Assembly (NCBI GenBank): GCA_015680685.1
Contig: MNCI01003051.1
Location: 132,131-196,130, forward strand
Length of the DNA: 64,000 bases
From: Gnetum montanum
Taxonomy: Eukaryota > Plantae > Gnetophyta
Direction of reading: 5' to 3'
Shown here: piece by piece, positions 12,942 through 23,323 of the stretch
How the letters are laid out: every line of letters starts with the position of its first letter
How positions within the stretch are numbered: position 1 is the first letter of the stretch
Notes under the pieces: generated by a model
The model's input: the letters and a program-made list of their open reading frames with translations, nothing else
Told to the model about the DNA's origin: nothing
The model's database searches: none
Program-made: the position numbers and the translations under genes

Positions 12942-15900
12942 TTACGCATTTCCTCTACTGCCACTGTCACCAGTATCTCTTAGGTCTAGATCCAGCCCTA
13001 ATGGATCGTCCTCCAGTGGGCTGTCATTTCTGGGAATTATTCTTTCACAAAGAATTTCCTCTTCATGAGGTCCTCGTTCCGGCACCAGCTCCACGGGAGA
13101 ACGCTCTTCATCGCTACGTTCTTCCGCTTCCTCTGCTTCTGCTTCTTCCTCTGCATCTGCTGCTTCCTCTGCTGACTCCTCAGCTAGCACGTCTTCTCTA
13201 TCTTCTTCTGGTACCTAGATACAAAAGAAGAAAACATATTAGCAAGGTAAGCCTTGACAAAACAATCAAAGAATTTAGATTTAGTCATGCAGAAACTCAC
13301 TTGCGATGGCCCTGCTTCGGCAGCAAAGGGAAGCTTGTCCAGGCCAGCCCAGAGGTGCTTCATAATCTCTTCCTCCGTTAGATCTAGCCACACATCCTCT
13401 CCCAAGGCAGCTCCAACCTTCACTTTCCCTTTCTCCACGCTAGTCCAGCGAGGCGGATCAGGGAAGAATGTAGGGACTGTTCTCTGGCCCCCAGGGAGAG
13501 TCATCTCCCTTTCCGGAGACGCACTTACAGTCACCTGCTCTTCGAACTTCCTGAAGGCTTCGGAAGCTCTGATGACATCTAGAAATACTTCCAAAGATTG
13601 AGCCTTGACGGCAGAATCGCGGTAGAGTTTCCGATAAGCGATGCTTTCTCGCTTATACAGATGTTTGTGGTCCTTCTCCTTCTGCCCCCACTCTTGCATG
13701 CTTGCACAATAGTCCCTCCAATCCTGGCTTTTCTGAGCTAGGAGCTCTATCTGCATCCGCTGCTCTACCAACGCCCGACTGGTCTGTACGCTGTTTTTTA
13801 TGGTGGTCCAATAACGGGAGTAGTCGACAACAGCGGTACGCCAGTCTTCATCCCCCGTCGCCCGCACCGTGATCTTAGGTCTCCGACCTCTTTGGTCAAA
13901 GACTCAACCCTTTGTTCTGCTCTCTGCAGCCGTTTCTAGAGGCTCTCATTGACGCCTTTACTCTCCCATAAGGAGCGTGTCGAGCGTAATGCACATTTAC
14001 GCATTTCCTCATAAATGTGGTGTGGCACGGCTGCCCCATCAGATGGAGGCTCCACTGTGTCCAAATCAATGGGCTCCATGGGATCCCATCGGAGGCGAGC
14101 TCCTAACAGAAACAATCATCAATATTGGTGACACATTACCACTATGTAATATCACAACCTTACTACAACCATNNNNNNNNNNNNNNNNNNNNNNNNNNNN
14201 NNNNNNNNNNNNNNNNNNNNNNNNNNNNNNNNNNNNNNNNNNNNNNNNNNNNNNNNAGAAACTTCATCTATTAACAGAATCCTGCAAACTTGCTAACACA
14301 CTCATTACCTCTACCGGTGACAGTGGCGACTTCGCCAACATTTTCCGCTTCCTTTTCCTCTTCACGCATTTGAGTCTGTGCGTTGCTGGTTCCAGTGGCT
14401 GGAGCCTCCTCATGTACCAGGCTCTGTGCATGGCTCCCGCTAACAGCTGGGGCCTCTTCCTCCAAAACCGAGGCCCCTTCCCCATGACTTAGTACTACTG
14501 CCCCAGTCTCAGGGGTCAGCTCCTCTGCAATTTTCACTGGTCATATCACAATACCTTAGTATATCATTCCAAACCATCTAAATGAACATTGCGTAATACA
14601 GTTTTTCCACACTTACCAGGCAGAGGCTTACTCCGCTGAACTTTGATCGCCACAGTTCGGCCTGCGCCGCTCCCAAGCTCGGCAGAAGCCTCGGTTATAC
14701 GAAGCCTCTTACTCCGAGCTGCAGGTTCCATGATTTCCTCCGCCAGACGTTTCCCCCGTGAGGCATCGCCAGTGTAAGTAGGCATTATCCCGCCTATACT
14801 GTCGGGGCCTCGCAGCCGAGACGTCGCCAACCCCTTGGTCGTTATAGACAGTGACTCCTCGATCCCTTTCGGCAGATCCTGCCCACGGGTAGTGCTGAGG
14901 ATATGGGTAATCCAGGGTTTGGACAGCTGATCTCGGTCTTGCTGCACCTAGACCCCATTCCTCTGGACGACCAGAAACTCAGCAAATCGCTGAAGGCAAG
15001 CTATGAAGAAGGTGTACTGCACATTAAAACGAGACTCAAGCTTCTTGCGAAGCTTGATCATCTCGTTGCGTAGCCCCTTAGCGAAATAGCTTGCCCAATT
15101 GAACTGGGTCCCCTCCTCCAGAACCTCCCGCATAATACGAGTATGTTCTATAGAAAAGAACTTCCCTTGCGAGAGAGTTTTGGGGAAGGTCCGGGCCCGG
15201 AAAAGGGGATAAATGTTCTTGGCAACGCCCATCTGGAATCTTTCGCAAGGAAACCTTTTAGGCTCCTTCGGGACCCTTACCCACTCCTCCAGCCACTGCT
15301 GGAAGTCGAGGCTCCTCTTCGCCTTCTTACTTACGGGAAGGTCGTTCGAAGGAACGCCAAATAGGTCTTCGAAGAGCTGAGCATCAATGTTAAAGCTTAC
15401 GCGTACCTGATGTACGCGCGTGCAAAAACGCTCTGCATTTTCGTTGAAGGAGTTGACCAGGGTCAGCATTTCACTGGCGGGGACATCAGGAGTTGCAGCT
15501 AAAAAACAGATGCATTAGACCCGCTGCTCGGATCTTGGCGGCCACTGCAACTGGGGCCGCCGAGTGGCAGAGCCAGTGTTGTGTGTCTTTGATGTCCCCG
15601 TAACGGAAGAGGACGGTGCTCGCCTCACGGCCAGAAATCGTAAGGGTAATCTCCCAGGATTCCCTGACTGAACAGCGTAAAACACAAGTCAAACTAAAAC
15701 ACTATTACGCAACGCTCACAATTTACAACTATACTACGCAATAATCGACTATACAACAGCCTTACCAGGTCCAAATGGCAAGGGAAATGGCAGAAGGTTC
15801 CTCTGCACGTCCTCAACGGTAAGGGGCGAATCTAAGGTCCAGTCATCGTGCAGCCACCCGAGTGTCTGGCAATTCTCAAAGGCCTTAGCATAGCGGGTGG

Positions 15901-16474
15901 GGTACTCACGCATGTCAAAGCCAATCTGCCCTATAACACCANNNNNNNNNNNNNNNNNNNNNNNNNNNNNNNNNNNNNNNNNNNNNNNNNNNNNNNNNNN
16001 NNNNNNNNNNNNNNNNNNNNNNNNNNNNNNNNNNNNNNNNNNNNNNNNNNNNNNNNNNNNNNNNNNNNNNNNNNNNNNNNNNNNNNNNNNNNNCATGGCG
16101 AGCCACGAACAGCGTGTTATATGCATGATAACAACTAAACTGGGCCATTTTTCAGATCCAGTTAAGCACCTCAAGCCTCGGGCGCTAAGTTCTCGGTCCT
16201 CGGGACGACCCGTATCGATGGTCCCGTCTGTTAAGAAGGCCAGAATCCCTTGTGCAGAACCCACCAGCAAGTGCTCTAAAATGGCACTGGCGATATCGTC
16301 GGACAAACTAGACCACACAATGACGCTGTAGTTGCACAGTAAGAACTGCAGAAACTCCAGCGCACCCCGTCGAAACCATATGGTCTTCCATTGCAACCAC
16401 GTTTGTAGGGGAGGGACATTAGGAACGATAGGGTTTATACAACACAAAACCCCAACAATATCCAAGACAACACA
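12942..16474 (-). pseudogene. Spliced antisense cargo gene: FCP1/NIF-like (HAD) domain + PMD/Transposase_32-like domain + coiled coil + acidic tail
   Basis: Frame-preserving GT-AG introns at 15668-15765, 14537-14616 and 13215-13300, and probably 14103-14308 across a gap. Motifs VVLDIVGVL and FRRGALEFLQFLLCNYSVIVWSS, then LVNSF...FEDLFGVP...EGTQFNWASYFAKGL. Lesions: +1 in a T-run (~15503), TAG at 14948 and ~13936, -1 at ~13877. Confidence 0.75.
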
Positions 16475-16477
16475 CTG

Positions 16478-17550
16478 GCCGATGCACTGGCCATCCTGGC
16501 TCTGAACGTGCCTTCACATCTGTTTGACACTTGCCCTGCATTGATAACAGACTACGTAGATCCTATCATTCAGACGGCACAAATCTCTTCTCTTCTAGAG
16601 GAAAGCACGCCTGAATGGTACGACGACATTAAAACTTACCTTTTACAGGGCGAGCTACCGTCTGAATTGACACGCGCGCAGAAAGATGCAATGCGCAAGC
16701 GGGCTAGGCAGTACGTCATCATTGGAGATAGTACTCTTTGTAGACGCTCTTTTGATGGCGTGCTGCTTACTTGCGTCGACAAAAACCAAGCGTAGCATAT
16801 AGTCGACGAAGTACATAAGGGACTGTGCGGCGGCCACGTAGCACCACGAGCGATGGCCCTAAAAATCCGTTGCTTAGGATACTACTGGCCACGCATGGAA
16901 AAAGATTGCCTGACGAAGGTTAAAACTTGTGACACGTGTCAGCGTCACGCAAACCTCATCCACGTGTCACCTACAAAATAACATACAACGCAGATAACAT
17001 GGCCATTTCAACGATGGGGACTGGACATTATAGGCCCCATCATGTTGAAATCTTCCGCAGGTCATAGCTTCATAATTATCGCTACTGAGTATTTTACGAA
17101 GTGGGTAGAGGCTGTTCCCCTACGGAAGATCACATCCCAACAGATTTGCCATTTTATCCTGGACAATATAGTAACCAGATTTGGTCTCCCGATGACTATC
17201 GTGACCGACAATGGGCCACAGTTTAGTAGCACAGAAACCAAATCCTTCTGTCATAACCTGGGCATCAGACAATCTTTTTCCTCCCCCTATTACCCGCAAG
17301 CGAATGGTCAAGCTGAAGCAACGAACAAAGTGATCATCAATCTGCTCAAGAAAATGCTCGATGGTAACAAAAGATGATGGCATGAACAGATCCTCTATGT
17401 GCTATGGACGTATCGTACTACATGTAGGACAGCTACAAGTAATACACCCTATAGCCTTGTTTACGGGTCTGAGGTGGTGCTACCCCTCGAATTGCAAATC
17501 CCTTCTCTAAGAATGGTCCTCTCCACGATTATAAATGAGGCTCAACACAC
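16478..17550 (+). pseudogene. Archaeal-type RNase H C-terminal remnant plus integrase of Tat-like element
   Basis: ADALAILA (aRH end); WYDDIKTYL; HHCC zinc finger (EVHKGLCGGH...GYYWPRMEKDC...CDTCQRH); rve core WGLDIIGP...YFTKWVEA...IVTDNGPQF...YYPQANGQAE. Confidence 0.9.
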
Positions 17551-17737
17551 NNNNNNNNNNNNNNNNNNNNNNNNNNNNNNNNNNNNNNNNNNNNNNNNNN
17601 NNNNNNNNNNNNNNNNNNNNNNNNNNNNNNNNNNNNNNNNNNNNNNNNNNNNNNNNNNNNNNNNNNNNNNNNNNNNNNNNNNNNNNNNNNNNNNNNNNNN
17701 NNNNNNNNNNNNNNNNNNNNNNNNNNNNNNNNNNNNG

Positions 17738-17915
17738 GTCATGACATGAAACTGACATCCACAGCACGGTCTGCTGAGACCATAAATTAGACACGCCACC
17801 GTCCGCTACGACGTAAAACTAACATTTCTCGATCTGCCCAGACTTTAAACTGGGACCATGGTCTGCTGAGACTTAAAACCAGTAATGATAGTCTACCAAG
17901 ACTTAAAACTGATAC
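17738..17915 (+). repeat. Degenerate short tandem array (GGTCTGCTGAGAC..TAAACT-like) downstream of INT
   Basis: GGTCTGCTGAGAC at ~17768 and ~17860; GACTT(T)AAA(A)C repeated. Confidence 0.55.
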
Positions 17916-19056
17916 TTACAGACTGTTGACATGCAAATCAAGCGAGCGTGATCATCCTTGTATAGCTGCGCGACGGACGGGGTGGGATGCTGGGACAATC
18001 TCAGCGTCACCACCCCACTGGCATCCTAATGATTCCTCGGACGAGCTGGGAGGCATACTACTGACCCCTCGGAGATGCCGTCGCTGCGCCCACTGCAGTG
18101 GTGGTACGTCTGAGGGTTTAGTTTCACCAGCCGGAGCCTCGACGAAATCCTCGTCGATAGTGACCTCGGAGACCTCCGCGGATCATCGCTATCGGACGCT
18201 GGCTTCGCAAATTCATCTAGCTAGTTCCCTACACAACCAGTTAGCTGCACTGTGTCTAATGCCTTTTGGCGGCGATATGCTGGGCCGAGTGTCGAGATAA
18301 AAGGTTCCGACCTCATGCTACAGCTCCTTCTTCACGGCCCGAGCGCTCTATCTTGCATCAAATGGCGCTCGTTTCGACAACCTCGCCTCTTGTTCGCACG
18401 AGCAATGGCATTTTCTATTTTCTTCTGTGGTTGCAGGCTACTTGTTTCGAGGATGTCGTTCAAAGATGCGTTCATCTGAGCGGTGAAGAACAACCGCGTT
18501 TTGAGATGGCTGCTCAGGTTTGCCCGACCACTTAGAACTGCATGCCTATACCTCTCATAATCCTACTCTTAGCTCTCATCCCTACCACCTGCTTCCTGTA
18601 TGCAAAAGCTACATACGCAAACACCCATCTTTCACACTCGCTCTACAACCAAGCCCATAACACGGTTAAGCGCTGTAGTAGAGATATCGCAGAAGTGATG
18701 CGTCGTGCTCCTTTTGCAAGCATTCCTGCTATAATCAGTGACAGAGAAATCTCAGGCTGATGCGCTACGCTCGTCTGAAAGCATTCCTGTTGGCACAAGT
18801 GTGCGTACGTTTCTGTGCGTTCAGTAAGCGTATTCCATACTCCTACCATCCTGACTCATTTTACGTCTTCCCTAAACCTCTTTCCTACTATGTCATTTTA
18901 TCTCCCATTCCCTCCAGCATTGCTCTTCCATGTTGACAGGGCAACGCTTGAGTAGCCATGGATGGACGTTGTTCTTGCTTCTCCCAATCCGGTGTTTCGT
19001 ATTCTTTGTCGACGTCTTTCGGGCCAGCCCTCTAACCGTCAACAAAGAGGGGCCAT

Positions 19057-20643
19057 TGAAACACCATGAAAATTGCGAGTCGGCCTCAGGCAAAGATTCG
19101 CAATTCAGGCGAAGGCGCATGTCAAAATTCCAGAAGGGAGAATAAGACAGAGCAAGACCAAGAGGCGCGTAGCATCAAGTCTTCAAATTCCTGTGCAGAT
19201 TCCTAATCTTCCTATGATTTCTCTGTTTACGCTATATCACGCGACACAACGTAATAGCGCTCAGCGTGATTCTGTGCAAACATAATCCGGCATCAGAAGG
19301 CTATTTACTTCAGCATGTGGAGAGTCTTGAGCAGTATAACATGCGACTTCTCGTATATTTTGCTAAGTCTTTTGTTCAAGGCCAGGTTTACGCTCTGTTA
19401 CGCACGGCAGCGTAATGAGCTCCAAAACAGTCAAAGGCAAAGTCTAAGGAAGTGCAACAGATCAACCCTTTTCTCTTGGCATGCAGATTGCTCATCATAC
19501 GCAACGAAGCGTATCGCAGCGTATTGCTTCGCCAAGCTAAACATTGTTTACGCTTCATTATGCGCGACTGTGTAAAAGAACATAAAATAACTTGAATCAA
19601 TTATCTTCCACGTTATGTTACGCTCTTGCACGCAACGCAACGTGAATGAGCGTAATATAACCTAAGGCCAGTTGAAACATGCCCGACGCGCATCTGTTCT
19701 TCACATGCACAATACGCAAACGAGCGTATTGTGCATAGTCACAAAGTTTGACATAAAAAGGTCAAGTCAACAGTACCCGAAGCATCTGGGGTACACGTCA
19801 TCAGGGTTGCGCCTTTTCTACAGGACGTCGCGGCCTATAAATACCCCAGTTGACAAAGATACAAGGGTTGGCAAATCAAAGAGGCAAGGACATTTTTCTG
19901 AGCACAGGAGTACTTATCACCTTGAGCAAAGACAGAGAGAGCAGCACTTTGGCAATTGTTGACAGCATCACCTTCCGGCAGAAACAGAGCACAATTCGCT
20001 TGAGCATCGGCAACAAGAGTAATCGTTCTTTTGGGGGAGATACAATTTTCTCCATCAACGATCACTGGCGGTCCTAAACAGGAACTACCTAAGGCGAAAG
20101 AAGCGGATCGAAGATCGTGAGACCATCTCGTGCAGTTCGCAAACTCTATTGGTCAGAAACAGTTGATCGATAGACGTCAGAGCTTGACCTTCCTTGCATC
20201 CCAGCTTTGGCCCACCAGGTAGATCGGACTTCTGTTTGGACAGTTTTCTTGTTGTTTTGTGCATGCTGTACATCAAGTAATCGAGGTCTCCCCATTGTAA
20301 CGTGATATACAAAATATACATTTTTCAAGTCAAAGCGTAGATCTTGAAACCACGTGTTTCTCTTGTGTTAGCCTCCTCTTATCGTGTTTAGCGTTATCAT
20401 TGTTACAATTCATCTACGTCGTTTTCCCTTCATCTTGCGATTCCTCAAATCAAATCGATCCGCGAAATATTTCATAATCTCCATCGTTTTACTGATTAGT
20501 AAGTCCCTGTCTGATCGACAAGACCGTTCAGGGCGCCGCAGATTCGTTTTTCCAGCATAGCCCTCGCTCGGATCCGTAGTTAAAACTGTGTACGCGGAAT
20601 TTTGTTTGGTATTCTCCAGCTGCCGACGTTTTCCGTCGTTACA
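19057..20643 (+). repeat. 3' LTR of Tat-like element (1587 bp)
   Basis: Starts TGAAACACC after the PPT, ends GTTACA followed by the TSD. Confidence 0.93.
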
Positions 20644-20648
20644 GTATG

Positions 20649-21550
20649 CACGACCTAGTTGAATTCCATGGACTTTATTTACCTAAGTGGCTAATATTTC
20701 TAAATGGTGAAATATGTAGTCACTAGTTGTTGTCTTCCCAATCAACACTTGTGTTAATCTATATGTATGGTTAAGTTTGGTTGAGGTGTAAAATATCTAT
20801 GATTTAATACTTTTTATTATTTTCCTTATTTGTGAAATGATTAAGTAAATGAAGATTTAATATTTAGATTAACTAATTAATTAATTACATAGCCTAAACA
20901 TGGAGTATCTGTTCCCACCTTCTATACACATCCTAAATATATACTAACACTGTCGGGTTACTAAGTGTTTACTACTAGGCATACCAAGTATCCACTACTA
21001 GGATTACCAAACATTAATAGATTCTGCTTGAACAATAATATTAATTGCTTAATAGTAAGAAAGCAAATTGCTTTTAAAGTAAATTATTGGAAAATAAAGT
21101 TATGACAATTAAGTGCTACAATGGATAGAAGAAATCTCAATTTTATTTTTGTTCTTGCAAACTTGAATAAAATGTCATACAATCACTTTAATCCATGTTA
21201 TAGGCACTCAAAGAAAAAGTTTTCTAACTTCTACAAGAAGCAACTACAAGAGTTCAACTAAGAGAACAACCAAAAGGTTCTATAAATGCGAGAGCTATGC
21301 ACATTTATTTATATAGGCAATGCTTGCATCAAGGTCGATGTACCTGCATCAACGCATCCTAAGATGCATCAACAAGGATACATCGACAAGGCTACATCAA
21401 AGCAATCATTTTATTGATGTTTCATCATCAAACATCTTTAAGGCATCATCTACTTTAGAGGTAACTAGACCTCATTGTTAGATAATACTTATGTAAATCC
21501 TACCCCATTCAATTATTGTATTGTTATTCTTTCTTCAAAACACCATGACA
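20649..21550 (-). repeat. 5' leader / LTR-like sequence of family X right of the Tat insertion
   Basis: Similar to 1-400; continues the sequence interrupted at the GTATG TSD; boundaries approximate. Confidence 0.45.
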
Positions 21551-23233
21551 CCTCCCTTATTTTTCTATTACTAGTTTCTTTGACTATAGGAGAATACCAA
21601 AGCTCATTTATTTCTAAGAAACTCTCTAATTTCTATTAATTTTCCATCCATTTTCTTATCTCAATTTCACTAGTATTTTAAACTTGTTAAATTGTAAAAT
21701 ACTTTCAAGTTTTTGAATAGTTAAGTGCATGCACAGCTAAAGTTTGAAGAATAGGCTCTATATATTTGAAAAAAAAAAAGAGATTTATTTAAACTTAATA
21801 TAGATAACTTAGAAAATATCTTAAATAATATATATATAAATCTATAATATCTAAATCAATTAAAGTGGTATGATTAAGGAGGTATCAAAACCAAAACTAT
21901 TTGACTATATTCCTAAGATTGAGTTTGAATTTTTCTCATGTAGCTTAGATGGGGGTGAGAAAACCCCCTTACACAAGAGGGTGGGCAAGGAGGCATCAAG
22001 GCCATGAATGAGATATCAAGTTATGCATCTCAATATGATTAGGTGTGCTACATCACAAACTTAGTCTTACAAGCTATTGTCGCTTTAATATTACTTTCTT
22101 CTCTTTCCCCCAAGGCCTACACTAGGTAAAAAGATAATAGCCTCTAAGAAAATCAAAGTATCTTTCAAAAATGACTACCTATTCTAGTGAGTCACCATGA
22201 AGTGCATTTCCTTGTAAGCTTTATGCTTATTGATGGTTTTTATCACTCAAATATGAAAAGAGAGGGAAATAGAGTCAATCACTCATCTTATTATTAAGAG
22301 TATAATATCCCTTTATTCTATACTTCTCTATATATAAATTAGAAAAACAACATATACTTGAATTAAAATAATTTATAATGCATAGTTTATTCACATCAAA
22401 GTTTGTTATATAGTCATATAATAATGTGATTATATAACATCCTTCCCAAACCTGGTATCCAAGATTTTAAAAGAATACCATAAAATGAATATGAACTTTT
22501 TAATCTTCAATAATTAATATATAATTCATTACAATAATTAAATTTTTGTAATTATCTAAAGTTAATCATTAATAACATGGGCTAACTTCTTAAAATAGAT
22601 ACACAAAGTTGACGGGCAAACGAACTGCTAGTATGTCCTAAGTGACACATATCCCAACCTTATTATTTCGAGGGTGTTGGACCCCCACCTTACTATTTAC
22701 AATCACATAAACATATCAAAACTCCGCCGACGAGTGCAACACCTTTCACGCTGCAAAGTGTCTAACGACGTTCCGTAATTCTAAAAAATCCTAACCATAC
22801 ATAAATCATTTGTTGATTCAGGAGATTATTTCAAACGTATGTTTTAAGGATAAAAAGAGAAGAAATAGGAATGGGTAAACGGTCCCAGTTCATAATTAAT
22901 ACCGCCTCTTAACCTAAAGAATTGTTCAGAACCCGTCATGTTGATATCATATATTATTAGATCAAAACAATTGTGTTCAAGAAGAGCAGTTCAAAAAAAT
23001 TTGGAACTTCTGACGTACCTTTCGTCAATGCTCATTAGAAAAATACATGAAAATAAAATGTAGGCCATAAAAAGCTCCAACAACTTTATGGTAATTAACT
23101 CTTTTTTTAAAAAAAAACAAACTTTCAAATGGTCGTGTTTCCCTTTACAGAAAGAATCTATCCAAATCACCCAATGCATCGAATATCTTACACAACAGAT
23201 AAGAAGGTGTAAGCCACAAAGAAAACTAGATTA

Positions 23234-23323
23234 CTATTCCCGAGGTGTTTCAAATCTTTTGGGTGATTGAATTCCACTCATACAGCAGAGTCCTGAGAGA
23301 AGTATGATAAGCAGAACCAAACT
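23234..23323 (-). CDS. Exon 8 (TM + cytosolic tail) of AP1-like gene, missed by the ORF track
   Basis: CTACAG acceptor at 23324; SLVLLIILLSGLCCMSGIQSPKRFETPRE then TAG TAA; matches the family C-terminus (ILISGLCCMxGIxxPxRFETP). Confidence 0.9.
   Translation of the reverse strand, partial: SLVLLIILLSGLCCMSGIQSPKRFETPRE

Larger units (their letters stand above)
7189..20643 (+). mobile_element. Ty3/Gypsy Tat/Ogre-like LTR retrotransposon, apparently non-autonomous (gag-PR, aRH tail, INT; no RT/RH seen), carrying an antisense cargo gene
   Basis: TG...CA termini; 5-bp TSD GTATG (7184-7188, 20644-20648); LTR offset 11868 bp, ~95-96% identical by eye; PPT AACAAAGAGGGG 19041-19052. Confidence 0.93.

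Noticed and set aside
22605-22635. Possible Helitron 3' end (GACGGGC...CTAGT)
   Set aside because: No clear hairpin or matching 5' TC end could be identified.
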